Assembly (NCBI GenBank): GCA_964036045.1
Contig: OZ038379.1
Span: forward strand, 27,032,001 to 27,096,000
From: Eutreptiella sp. 'Long Island Sound 2002'
Lineage: Eukaryota > Protista > Euglenida
Direction: 5' to 3'
DNA: 64,000 nt
Shown here one piece after another: positions 49,041 through 60,882 of this stretch (within the stretch, counting starts at the first letter, position 1; each line of letters begins with the position of its first letter). The position numbers and the translations under genes are program-made. Under the pieces are notes generated by a model. The model did not search any database, was not told where the DNA came from, and was given only the letters and a program-made list of their open reading frames with translations.

Positions 49041-49378
49041 AATGACTATTACGATTACGATTTACCCGTTTGACTGAATTGGCAATTTTGCCAGCAGTTT
49101 TACAAGAGGACTGATGGCCAGAAAGGGCGCCAGAGCAGGTGCTACCTTGGATTTGAACCAACGGCCATCGATTCATGAGCCGAGGCATATACCACTGTAC
49201 TACTGAGCCATTCTGCCAACCCTCAACACAAGACAATACATTGCACAGGGGTTGGTGTATCCCATGAAGACAGTCCACACAGTGCAATCATTTCTTGACA
49301 CATTTTGCCAAAATGGCTAGCAATTCCGAATCATCTGTGCCTGAACTGCCTGAGCTAATTGTAATCGTAATCGTCATT
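49041..49378. mobile_element. 338-bp element with 18-bp TIRs
   Basis: AATGACTATTACGATTAC (49041-49058) and GTAATCGTAATCGTCATT (49361-49378), one mismatch. Confidence 0.65.
49139..49217 (-). pseudogene. Degenerate tRNA-Met(CAT)-like sequence
   Basis: A-box-like TGGCTCAGT..GGT, anticodon-like CT-CAT-GA and T-arm GTTGG-TTCAAAT-CCAAG. The acceptor stem does not pair, so it is not a functional tRNA. Confidence 0.55.
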
Positions 49379-51370
49379 CCGTCATCACTGCCTCCTGGCT
49401 CAACAGCCCCCCCCCCCCCCCCCCCCCCACCTTGGTAATGTCGTCACTATTATATCCACCCCTGGTAGGGACTGAAGTACTGGGCCGTTGGTGGCCGCTG
49501 GGGAACGCGGGGGAATGCCCCAGCTCCTTGGATCCGTTCCCAAGCAGAATCCGGCCTTTGGGGAATCCGATTGTGAAGCAGCCATTTGTGACAGGGCACT
49601 TTTCGACAGTAGTCGAATGGGAGAATCGGCTGTCCTTTGTCCAGCTGCCGTGCAGGTGGCATTTGTGGGCAGCTCATGCTCGGATAAGAGGGAGTGGCGT
49701 GGGCAGTAGGGGGATGATCAAGGTCAGGCCTGGTGCATAGCTGTGCAGTAGAGTGGGGGTTGCTGGTGCACCGACCGGGCATTGTTCTTCTGCGTTTAGG
49801 ATTGAGATGGGTACCTTCATATGCAGCCGCGAGGCGGGAGGATGGGGGGCTCGTTCAAGCCGAGTCTTCGGACACCCACCTCCAACTCGGCGCCCCCAAG
49901 TTCTCCCAGGGCTCTTTTGGGTCTCTGTCACAGCAATGATCATTTTGAAGCATACATTATGTGGGAGGAAATGTTAGCATTCTCCAGGCGGCTCTGTGGC
50001 CCATTTTCCAGCCATCGCTAACCATCAGACTTGCCCTTGAAAATCGGCTCTGTTGCGAGAGCCCCTTCTGCCTGACTTCCCACGAAAATTCTGGGGGTTC
50101 CGACGACGCGATCCCATGGATGAATTATTTGACTTCGCAGAAAAAAAGATACGTTTCGCATCAGCATCAAGACTCAAGGGCCGGGCGTTTGTGGGTTAGA
50201 AAGGGTCAGGGTTCGGGTAATGTTTGAGGTTGACGTTGAGGCAACTTCTTGGGTCCCTTAAGATCAGGTGTCTTACTTTTTAGTGTGCCTGTCCTCCTCC
50301 CTTTCTTGCGTCGTAGACCCCCAATCCGGCGGCTCATTCTTGGGAAAGATGGCAATCACCTGCTACGATCGCTGAGCCACGAGACTGGTCCCGCGCCCGA
50401 GTGTGCCTAGAAACACCCTGTTCCTCTTCAAGGGTCTGCCTGGATGCAAATTGTGTGCCTCTCCACAGGTACACCCCCTTCCCCTGCAGAGGTCTGCACA
50501 TACTCAGCCAACAGCCTGCCGAGACTTTGGAGACGCGGCTTGGGTTAAGGTCATACCCACGGCTCGGGACACGGTGGGATTCCAGTACCGGTACCAAGGC
50601 CGGCCGAGTGCAACTGGCCTGGCACTGACCCGGACGCGATGAACGTACCGAAGCCGATATGCAAAGCATTTGAATCAGGAGCTGGAGGCTTGTAGGCGAC
50701 CTGGCAGCAATCGGAGCACTTTACGGCTTTGAGACGCAAAGCAACGGAATGGGAGATCAACCAGCAGCGGTTGGACTGCACGGCAGCTGAAAGCCCAACG
50801 ACATTTCGAGTTGTCTCTCGACACCAAAAAGATGCCCAGTGCTGGAGAGCGTAGGCAGCACTACAGCCACGAAACAGGGTGACAAAGCAGGGCGCCATAA
50901 GGGCTCACTTCGTGCGCAAAATGGGCGTCGCATTCGACCAGCCCGGCCAGAGGCCCTAAGCTCAACAAATTTGGAGTGTGTCATTCGGTGCGTCGCCGAT
51001 GCGTTTTCTCGATTCATCGTCCGGCTTGGGGATCGAGAAGACGTTGTGCTCAAGAAAAAGTGAGAGGCAGCAGAGAGGGTCTAAGCGGGCTGTGGCAATG
51101 TCCCGGTTGAGCAGACCTATCCAGGGTTCGAACCTGGCACGACGCTATGATGGTTGAACCATGAGGAATCCCACACCAAGGCAGGCGCCTGCGGCTGCAG
51201 TGGCGCGGTTTTCGTCGGAAGTGGTGAAGCGGATGTCGGCGTCACGAGCCAATCTTGTGGCGCCACACCCCGACCAGAAGGACTTGCTTGCACAGATTCA
51301 AATGCTGAGTGGTCTCCAGTCTCCAACCTCAGGTCCCATATACAACACAATTTCCACTACACCATTTAGC

Positions 51371-51687
51371 TCACGCCTGAAGGTCCCACCACTGCGTATC
51401 ACTCTGCACCCAATTACACTGCACCTTCTCGCTGTGTACCACCCGCAGCCCAAAGCGACTCAGCAGCACTTCCCGCGTGAACGGCAGCATGTGGGTGATT
51501 GTCAGGATGCCCCCGGGCTTTAGGTGGCGTACCATGTCGCGCAAGATGACCTCCTTAAGGCCGTGGTCGACGTGCTGCAGGACCGAATAGGCCAGAATGC
51601 GGTCAAAAGTCAGGCCGCAGTCGGCGACGTGGGGCTGGCGGTCAGAGTTGTGGATCAAGACCGGCCGCCTGTCTTCAAGACCGTGCA
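51371..51687 (-). CDS. Exon 4 (terminal) of class I SAM-dependent methyltransferase
   Basis: Acceptor TATTTCTGCAG| in phase 1. Reads HGLEDRRPVLI...FDRILAYSVLQHVD...LRDMVRHLKPGGILTI, then stop. Confidence 0.88.
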
Positions 51688-53371
51688 CTGCAGAAATACG
51701 GGGTACAGAGTGCCTTTCCAAGTACCCACCTGCCGGTCATCCGCTGCGCGACTACCCGGTCTGCGACATTGCAGAACGGCCCACAATGTCCAGATCCTGA
51801 TGCTTGGAAATCCTTCCAGCACAGCCCAATCCTAGAGCCCAACAAAGCTCATACCCACCAAAGCAACATCCGGGGAACCTGGACAAGCAACACAACCACG
51901 ATCCCCCTCCCTGCATCGGGGGTCGCGTTCTCCAATTCAACTCGAGCCAATGTCAAGATTCAGTGTGTTTCAAGCTGGAGTGACACACGTTCATTTGAAA
52001 ACTGTGGTTGTGGCCATTGTCGTTCCATATCCTCAACACACGACCGTCGTGGATCTTCACTGGGGATATGCACAACTGTGTGCTGCCCGGCAGCAGCAGC
52101 TGCTGGGGGTTCACGGAAAGGGGCCTTCACATGATCACGGACAGGAATCCCCCGGACTCTACCTGTTTCAAGTTTGGCACCAGCAAACATGAGAACGCTC
52201 GAGGCATTCCGACATGGTGTAGGGTCTTTTAGACGAGTGGAATCAGATGCCGACCCAACATGACACAGAATTGGACCTTTCTGCACAACAATGCAGACCT
52301 GTGGCGCAAAAGATGGCCCAGAAAGGTGCCCTTTTGGACAACCGGCATCAGGCGGTTGGAACTAAATACACCCGATCCCTGAGTTCTGCACGTGGCCCTC
52401 ACCGCATCGCGCCCCCGATTTGCCGTTCAAATCTGTCAATGTCCTCCCCACCCCGACACAGCGGCTTGGGTCGCAGGCGCAGCTTTCATTCCTGTGCCGC
52501 AGCAAGGCTGGGCACATCTCCACTGAATCGCCTCTTCAGAAGATACAGAGAGTGCGGTAGTACGGACTTCTCGGGGAAGGGAAAACAGAGGGTGGGGGAG
52601 GGGTTGCCAAAACTCTCCAACGCAGTGCGGCTCCGATGGACAGGGCCCTGTTTTTTGCCTGACGCGCAATTCCATGACGTTGTCCTGCCGTTGGAGATCC
52701 TCTAAGTGAGAAGGGGGCTCCACCGAGCCTGGAAAAATAATCCCATAACCCCAGCAACAATGAGAGAGCCGCCGACCCAGGATCGGCTGGAAACGGATTG
52801 GCTCGCTAGCAAGATCCGATACAGGCAGGAAAGGACATACACATGTATGCAAAAAGACAATATGAAAGAGATGTCGCATGTGCGTGCGAAGTGAAAATGA
52901 CTGGTGCTTGGCGGGACCCAACGCTTCATGGTGATCACGTGCATCGTTCAACATGCGACAGCATGAGTCTGGCAGATTCGGGATTGGCCTATGGTAGTGT
53001 CGGAACATGGCCCAGCAGACGGCAGCAACACAAGAACCCGCAGCGCTTCTGCTCCAAATGGTCGTGCAATGGGTGAGGGAAACGTGGAATGATGGCACTG
53101 CAGACAGACTTCAGCAGAAAATTACAACCGACACCGTCCTCTCAACCCCCGTTTGCCAAAGGCTGGTTCCTCAGCCTCTCGCTCTGACTGGGCAGGTCAC
53201 TCGTCCTGGGCTCCACAGCGCACTCTTAACAAGACGCCACCGTTTCTTCACGGGGCCGTTGGCAAATGGCCGGCTGTTGAAACAGCCCGTCTGCTTCGGG
53301 TTCGGGCCAGGGGTCTGTACAGACGTGCATGTGTACAAGCAGACAAACGCATATCGAGATGGAAGAATTAC

Positions 53372-53483
53372 CCAGTAATTCGTAAGTCTTGGCAGCCCCA
53401 AAAGAGAAGTCATCGGGCTCAATCCCACAGTAGTGGCCTCGCTCAAGGTATCGGATCAGGTGTATACCGTTGCGCAGTGAGCC
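53372..53483 (-). CDS. Exon 3 of methyltransferase
   Basis: CCTTAG| acceptor and G|GTAATT donor; 112 bp, phase 0-1. GSLRNGIHLIRYLERGHYCGIEPDDFSFGAAKTYELL completes motif I (DYGMGSLR) and motif II. Confidence 0.88.
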
Positions 53484-53821
53484 CTAAGGTCACAAGACCA
53501 GGCAGGATAGACACGGGTGAGACAGTATGCGCATGTGGGCATGGGCCGGAGGGCACTCGGCGAGCCAACAAATAGCTGAGGACATGAGTGACTGTTTATG
53601 ATGTTGTGCACCCGAGAGAGGGTGCACTGGTGGGAAGAGCGGGTCAAATCAACATACATGCCAACAACACCAGCAGACACTGCATGGAAACCCATGGCGC
53701 AGTCATGGTTGGTTGCAGAAGCACTTCGCGTAAGACAGAACCCAGAGCCATCAAGGAGTCCTTCAGGTATCGTCATCGCAACGCATACGACCCTTTCTGC
53801 ACACATGTCACATGCACATAC

Positions 53822-54009
53822 CATGCCATAATCCAGGAGTACGTGCTTGGGCTCCAAACCACTCTTCAGCATTTGCTGAAAAATGTCGCGTCCCAGGCTC
53901 CATGGACGACCATAGGAGAAGTGGTGCGCCTCCCGCAAATACAAAGGGTTCATCCCAGACCCAGGCTTCGGAGTGTAGAATGACGTGGGATGACACGGGT
54001 CACGAGAGC
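53822..54009 (-). CDS. Exon 2 of methyltransferase
   Basis: Reads EAHHFSYGRPWSLGRDIFQQMLKSGLEPKHVLLDYGM with donor ATG|GTATGT. Two phase-1 acceptors are possible (start 54009 or 54018). Confidence 0.85.
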
Positions 54010-54639
54010 CTGGAATACCTATGCAGACAAGGGCGCGCAGGGGGAATTCAGAAAGCAGGCAAGCGGACAAATGACACAAAATGCCCTCTGAGCGACTCTG
54101 AGACGGTGGCGGAAGAAGAAGTATTTGAGTACAGCTGAAGAATTCCAGGCGCGCAGTCTTCTTCTCAGCTAAAGTAAAAATTCCTCCTTCCACTGCGCTG
54201 TTGCCGACAAAAGCGGTGCCACTCAGCATCAGATCCACCAATGAGTGATTTGAGTCCGCTCACGAGACACTGACACCAATGGTTGCTTTGAGCCTCGATC
54301 TGGACACTTGGCCACCCCGTTTGACCAAGCCTTTTCGCCATGCATCTTGTGTATCACCATCACGGGGGCCACCGCCAGCCAATGTGTGACCCCGAGGGGT
54401 GTGCGACAGTTTGGGGGGCCGTATGGGGGGGGGGGGGACCCCCCCCCCTTGGTTGACCCAAACCTTGGGGGTCAGCGGGTCGGGCGGTCAGCCGCCGGGC
54501 CCCCCAGGGGGGGTCGGTGGGTACCCCAACATACATACCTCAAAATGATCCCCATGACACACTGATCATTTTGAATACGCACAAGTGGGGTAAAAAATTT
54601 TCAAAAAAAATTGCCCATCAACTCAGGCTCCCATCAGCC

Positions 54640-55720
54640 AAGGTCCGATGCTCGTCAAAATGTTTTTTTTCAACCGGAACGAAGGCAACTGAAGGGAAAG
54701 TGAGAGAAGGACCAGGCTTCAGTGACAGTGGGGGGTGCTGAGGGGGCCAGGCGTCAAACACAGGCTGAAGCAGCGCAATTTTGTCGTGTGAGTCGCAGAA
54801 ATCAAATTCGCACATCAACGCCCAGAGGCACATGAGACGGGCGCTCAGATAGCCCCGATTGGGACTCCTTTTTTCTGCTGTTGCAACACGACACCCCACA
54901 GGCTGGAAAGGCTATTACAATGCATGTCCCAGTCCACAAACATTAACACTTCTTCAATGGTGACAGTGCGGAAGTGGCGGTTGGAGGCCTTACCAATCCT
55001 GTCAAGGGATTTTAGGCCACCCTTGGCGATACTAAACCAGAAACCACCTTTGATTGATTTTTCTGTAATCCTTCACCAGCTCGGTTGCACGGCGGACAGA
55101 TTCCAAAACCTTTTCCTTATTGGGTTCCCAGTATGCATTATCCACATCTCGCTCCCACAAGTCCAGGACATGCGGGTGGTGTTGCTTTATGTATGAGTGG
55201 GCATCCTTGACACTAGTCATGCTAGGGGTACCCTAGAATGGAAAAGCGATGTGTAAGTCACGGAGCAAGACACTGCGGCAGCGTCCCACGGTCCGAGAGG
55301 TTCGCTTCAAGGGGTGTCCCTTGTGGGAGATAAGAAGTCTCCATTTCCACTCGCTGTGTACTTCGTTTGTTAAGCCGTCAGGCCGCAAGAGCAGGTTTTC
55401 CAAGCACGGAAATTGGTTTGGAGTAGCTCATCAGCACGAAGTAGTGTGGCGCCGAAAGCATGGCACACAGGGGTGCTTGGGGGGAAGGAGGCCCCTGGGG
55501 TAGTAGTAAAGGCAGAGGTGCCTACATTACATTTCACCCTGAGGGTCTCAGCAAAGAAGTCTTCCCAGCCGCTAGTCAGTGCATACCTGAGGTGTGGGAG
55601 ATTTATATTGTGCATGTGGACATTTAAAGTTGCAACTTCTGTACAGAATGCCAATTATCGGTGGCGGCATATAGTCTCCACAAATGTCTGTTGGCAGGGT
55701 TGCTACCCATGCTGAAAAAA
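54640..55720 (-). mobile_element. Penelope-like element (PLE) reverse transcriptase remnant, N-terminal part
   Basis: LWERDVDNAYWE (motif A-like) followed by QQKKGVPIGGYLSARLMCLWALMCE, matching the PLE Q..G.PMGS.LS..LA.L.M..E pattern. Frameshifted; sits in methyltransferase intron 1. Confidence 0.6.
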
Positions 55721-56539
55721 TGAGCCTTCTCTGAGGGAGGCCACAACATAGGGGGGGGGGGGATGCCAGGGGAAACATCCATCACTTAAATGCTGGCGTG
55801 ATGGTACTTGTCCTTGCGCAAGGGGAGGGGTTTCCTGAAATTCATCCCAGTCCACTGGAGGAAAGTGTGTAAGACGAGTCGATGTTGGATGACGGAGAAT
55901 CAGACAGATGGGAGAACAATGGGGTCTTATTTGTCTGAACATCGCAATACTGTAAATCGGAGCAGATGTGTGTGATGGTGTTTTGCAGACACCTGATGGT
56001 GTGTTGGCGTTGTACCATTTCATTCCAATGGATATCAAGGACAACCGTGATGTGGGGTGGCAGGCAAGTACGTAGAGTATCGGGAAGCGGCATGGTTCAC
56101 AGAAGTTAATGCTTCGGTTTGGTACTCCTGGGTGTTTGTGCTCGTTCCAACGCTGCTCGGGCTCCTCCCGCTGTACTATAGATTTGAGTTAGGAAGGTGT
56201 CTGCACCAAATCTTGACTTCCAAGCTTGCATGGGGATGTGTTCACCTCGTGGTTCACAGTTTCCAACAGTTCCGGCCTTTGCAGACCACTCGTGTTTGTG
56301 CTACGACCAGGTCTTCAGTCGTGTGTAGGATGTAGGGTGCGCCGCTAGAAGGTGTGCGCAAGAACCCCCCCCTTCTAGCGCCCTTTTTGCATGTTTACCC
56401 AAGCCTCACCACCTTGTGCGGTTGAAAAGTGGTTTGGGGCCAATCGCCACATGTTTACGCCCCTTTTGGTGGCTGATTTTCACTTTTGTCCGAAACGGTC
56501 CGTTTTCCCAGATTTTCCACACACACCCCTCTTGCTGGA

Positions 56540-56700
56540 AGGGGAGTTCCAGCACCCTTTCCGCACCCTTTCCGCACCCTTTGTGCGCCCTTTGTGCGCC
56601 CTTTGTGCACCCCCCTTTCTGCGCTAGAACCCCCTTTCTGCACCCTTTCTGCACACCCATTGTGCGCTGGAACCCCCTTTCTGCAGCCTTTCTGCGGGGG
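56540..56700 (+). repeat. Degenerate ~12-bp tandem repeat (CCCTTT(C/G)TGCGC-like)
   Basis: Successive GCACCCTTTCC / GCGCCCTTTGT / ACCCCCTTTCT units. Confidence 0.8.
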
Positions 56701-57494
56701 GGTTTCTACGCCAAGGCATTTTGCAAGAAGGGCACCAAATGCATCCACCAGGTTCAAATCTGGTTTCTCAAGCGTACATGCAGTGCCTTTTTCTTCTGTC
56801 CCTTGTGGCCTCGCCAAGGGCAAGCCTTTGCCGGGCCGCTCGGTGTCGTAACCCCACGTTCAGGGTCTCCATGTTCAATACATGGGACCCGGAGGCCGGG
56901 TCAGGGTCAAAATCCTTTTTTGTGCTTTTCAGCCATTTTTGAATTCTCCACAAAATTCTGAGTATTTTGAGTACGGACACATAGGGTCGAACAAAAAAAT
57001 TTCCCCCTGCCGTATGCCTAAAACAAAATCTCCGGCGCCTCTGGCGCCCACAAAACCCATTGTTCTGTACAACCATTTTGGGTTCTGTAGAGGGGGGGGG
57101 TAACCCCCCCGCTTTGGGGTCAGGTCCTGACCAGGATCGGCCCCTGTGATCACCATGTCTGCTCACCCAGGGGGGTAGTGTTGTGGCAAGTGAAAGAGTG
57201 TCTCCTACTCTGCCCTGCAATAAATATCAGTGGATATTTCAACAACCAGTTCGAATGCTAAAGGCCGGCAGCGATCAAAGGGCCGCTTGGCCAAGAATGA
57301 CCCATGGTAGGTCTTGACCTCTTGCATGGGCTGTGGGCATGACCAACTGTGGGTATAGAGCATTGATTGAAAATGAAGATGTGCAGATGATGGAATACTA
57401 CTGCTTCATCCAAGCAAGTGTTGGCAGCGAGAACCAAATGGGGCAGCAAAGGGGAATCTGTAGGTTACTACATCAGGTATCTGCCATAACACAC

Positions 57495-57906
57495 CTGCAG
57501 CCTTCCCTGGGTGCAGCCCTTTCACCTTGTCCTGCATTTCTCCACCACGACATTCTGAGAGCAGCTGTTGCACTAAGGCGGCATCCTCCATTCCCCTGCA
57601 CTCCACCAGCTCCCGCAACATCGCCTGAACATCCCCCGATTCCAAATCCTCCTTGGACCTCCGGGACTCCTGCAGATGATGCTGCTGTCCTGCACAGGAG
57701 CACTCCGTGGGGGTGCAAGGGGGGCAACTCTGCGGAGCTTTGCTACTAAGAGCACTTTGGTGCTTATACTGATCCAATCCCTTTTGAGCAATGGCGAGTG
57801 CTGCACTGGAATCCGGAAGGGCGAATAGCTGCAGCCATGCAATGTACAACGCCATTACAACAATGAGTATCTGGTACATCAAAGCCTCCATCCGACGTGG
57901 TGGCAT
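57495..57906 (-). CDS. Exon 1 of methyltransferase: type II membrane anchor and stem
   Basis: MPPRRMEALMYQILIVVMALYIAWLQLFAL (short basic tail plus TM helix). Pyrimidine-AG 14 nt upstream of the ATG. The 412-bp exon ends at CAG|GTGTGT in phase 1, matching exon 2. Linkage across the 3.5-kb intron is inferred. Confidence 0.7.
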
Positions 57907-58389
57907 TTCTCGGGGAGGCCCTAAAGGAGAAGACAAACGGCATGTGATGATAGCTTTGTATGTGGGCATCACTCCTGGTGTCTGCACCGTCTGCGCCAAG
58001 CCCTTTGCTGAAAAACGCAGCCTACCGTGTTTAGGAGGCCATGAAAAACTTCCCACCCACCCTCACCTGAAGGATCGGCGTGGATCGTGGATCAGAGGTC
58101 CAGAGAATCACCCCCCTTGCCTAGGTGCCCAGATCGAAAATTACAGAAAAGCCCCAAAACGCCAAAAAAAAATTGTTCAAAGGGCACGCGCTGTTGCGGT
58201 GCGACATGCAAGCACGAAGCTAAAAAGGATCCACACATACTTCCTGAAAAAAAAATCGGTATTGCAGTGTAATATGCAAGCACAAAGCAAAAAACAATCC
58301 ACAAATGATAAAAAGAAACTTCTTCTAAGCACACTCAGTATGGTGGTGTGGCATGCAAGCACCAAGCAAAAAAAATCCACATATGCTTC

Positions 58390-59317
58390 TTGATAAAGAA
58401 AAATGCGACGAAATGTGTGTAAAATGTACGATGTATGTTGCAAGTACAATCCAATGGACAACCTGTCTCCTCACTCTACCTGGTCCATGGAGGTAGTGGA
58501 TCGGACCGTGGATCATGGATTGGAGGACCTGACACGCAGGGGCATCCACCACCATCTCCAGGGGTAACCCTTGGCCCTGCACCCCTAAACAATGGTTTGA
58601 AAATTCAGCTGTCGGGCCACAGGGTCAAAGCACAGGGTGGTGGCTTTCAGCACAATGGAAGGAAGCATGGATTGGAGGGTCACAGGGCAGCTTGGGGACC
58701 ATCGATCAGGCCACCGATGCCAGAGAGGGCTGGTGTCTGGGGCTGAACCAGGGGTAGGCAGTCCTTTTAAAACCATCAGGCCCCCCCTTGTAAGGGAGGC
58801 TTCACACCTGGTAACTGTGTTCCCTTCAGGCTCCCATTTCATGGGAATGTCATAAATTGCAGACTGAAACAAACAGAGGAAAACCCGCAGGGGCTCATGC
58901 AACGTGGTGGGGATGTTTAGAAGAGCAACGTAATTAGTATCCATCTATCGCGTGAGCAAGACAGCATGTGCATCGTTTATGGGGTATTGCAGGGCGGTTT
59001 CACTAATGATGGATTTGATTGGCTTAAACTCGCAGAAATAGCCCTGCAGGAAACGCCATTGGCTGCGGGCAGAGCGATCAATAATTTTAGCTACACGTCC
59101 CTCAGGATGGCTGTCCCAAAGGCCCATAGCATACACAGGGACAGGTGTGGCGCCAAAAAACACTGTGAAAAGGAGCTTGTGCTCTGGTTCAAACCAGCCT
59201 GACCGTAAAACGCGTGGGGGGCGAAGGCACCACCCACACATGCTGTTTTTGACAGCAAGTTTGAAAGGCTTATGCCTGTGTTCCACGGGTATACTGCTGA
59301 ACACATAGGACATTAGG
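58390..59317 (-). mobile_element. Second PLE-like RT remnant, C-terminal part
   Basis: AVLLTR*MDTNY (degenerate RYxDD/N motif C), then WEPEG..., LWHRWPDRWSP and KGYPWRWWW thumb-like sequence. Its start overlaps the end of the 54.6-kb remnant in content. Truncated at the satellite element. Confidence 0.5.
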
Positions 59318-60310
59318 CGTGTTAACACGGCCGGCCAACACAGAGGTAGAAAGTACCCCCCCACCCCCTCCTGTGTTGTGTTAACACAGGCCCAACACGG
59401 ACCTGAAAAGTACCCCCCCCCCCTTTGTCCACCCCATGGCAACACAAGAAGCCGAAGATTTTGTGTTGTGTTGTGTTGTGTTGTGTTGTGTTGTGTTGTG
59501 TTGTGTTGTGTTGTGTTGTGTTGTGTTGTGTTGTGTTGTGTTGTGTTGTGTTGTGTTGTGTTGTGTTGTGTTGTGTTGTGTTGTGTTGTGTTGTGTTGTG
59601 TTGTGTTGTGTTGTGTTGTGTTGTGTTGTGTTGTGTTGTGTTGTGTTGTGTTGTGTTGTGTTGTGTTGTGTTGTGTTGTGTTGTGTTGTGTTGTGTTGTG
59701 TTGGGTTGGGTTGTGTTGTGTTGTGTTGTGTTGTGTTGTGTTGTGTTGTGTTGTGTTGTGTTGTGTTGTGTTGTGTTGTGTTGTGTTGTGTTGTGTTGTG
59801 TTGTGTTGTGTTGTGTTGGGTTGGGTTGGGTTGGGTTGCCCAACCCAACCAACCCAACCCAACCCAACCCAACCCAACCCAACCCAACCCAACACAACAC
59901 AACACAACACAACACAACACAACACAACACAACACAACACAACACAACACAACACAACACAACACAACACAACACAACACAACACAACACAACACAACAC
60001 AACACAACACAACACAACACAACACAACACAACACAACACAACACAACACAACACAACACAACACAACACAACACAACACAACACAACACAACACAACAC
60101 AACACAACACAACACAACACAGCATAACACAACATAACACAAAAGGAAAACAACACAACACAACACAACACAACACAACAACACGTACCAGAACACACCA
60201 CCTATTGGACGTGTTAACACGGCCCCAACACAGGCGGTGAAAAGTACCCCCCCACCCCCTCTTGTGTCGTGTTAACACAGGCCCAACACAGACCTGAAAA
60301 GTACCCCCCC
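59318..60310. repeat. Composite element: direct repeat - (GTGTT)n - (AACAC)n - direct repeat
   Basis: Left arm 59461-59838 is (GTGTT)n; right arm 59839-60184 is (AACAC)n; GGGTT/AACCC variants cluster at the centre. ~100-bp direct repeats at 59318-59423 and 60210-60310 each consist of two subunits carrying GTGTTAACAC. Confidence 0.95.
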
Positions 60311-60540
60311 TCCCCCCCCTGCCTATTGCCCATAAAGGTTACGATATTTTTGGAGCACCGCCCCACAATGGGCCACTGTCCAGTGGACCCATGGGGTTGA
60401 CTTCCAACCCAATTGGAGCCATGCCTCACCGACCTTGCGGCAACGAGACTTGGCCTCTTGCACTTGACCATTGGTCAATGGTGTCTTTTGCCTCCACAAG
60501 GCATATAGGCTACGCATATTGCGCAGCAACACTTCAATTA
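60311..60540 (-). mobile_element. Possible DNA-transposase fragment
   Basis: AWLQLGWKSTPWVHWTVAHCGAVLQKYRNLY resembles the H-x4-H region of some DDE transposases; cut by the satellite element. Family unassigned. Confidence 0.3.
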
Positions 60541-60882
60541 GTGTCTACAAGAGGACACCACCAAACATGGTGTTAGGAAAATGGTTCCTGAGGCCATGCA
60601 AACTAAAAGAGAAAGGAGACACGTTCCTGAAAATTATATTTGTGCTGCAAGTCCTGGCCGGTGATCTGAGACTAATGTTTGTGCTGCAAGACGTGAATGG
60701 GGAAGTTTCCAGAAAATGAGTTTTGAACTGAAGGACAGGAAGGGTGAAAAGTATGCATGCGCAGTCCTGGGAAGGATATTTCTGCTGCAAAACGGGGGGG
60801 GGGGTCGTGAAAATGATTTTTGTGGTGCAAGACAGGAAGGGGGAGGTCCTGAAAATAATGGAGACGGATTGAGGAGCTTCCT

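Noticed and set aside
49674-49943. APE endonuclease-like start (IIAVTETQ)
   Set aside because: It derives from a non-coding repeat end (TCAAAATGATC motif also at ~54540), and no further APE motifs follow.
51118-51180. tRNA gene (perfect T-arm CCAGG-TTCGAAC-CCTGG); similar B-boxes at ~42800 and ~42955
   Set aside because: No pairing acceptor, D or anticodon stems were found. At most SINE-like fragments.
52436-52728. Exon-like frame containing QPCCGTG (methyltransferase motif I-like)
   Set aside because: Exons 3 and 4 already join in phase and motif I is supplied by exons 2-3. The acceptor looks real, so a relic or alternative exon cannot be excluded.
55410-55440. Hammerhead ribozyme core (CTGATGAG) near the PLE
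   Set aside because: No stem II or GAAA partner could be identified.
58945-60278. Long ORFs encoding (CCVVL)n / (HNTTQ)n
   Set aside because: These are artefacts of the stop-free pentamer satellite, open in nearly all frames on both strands.
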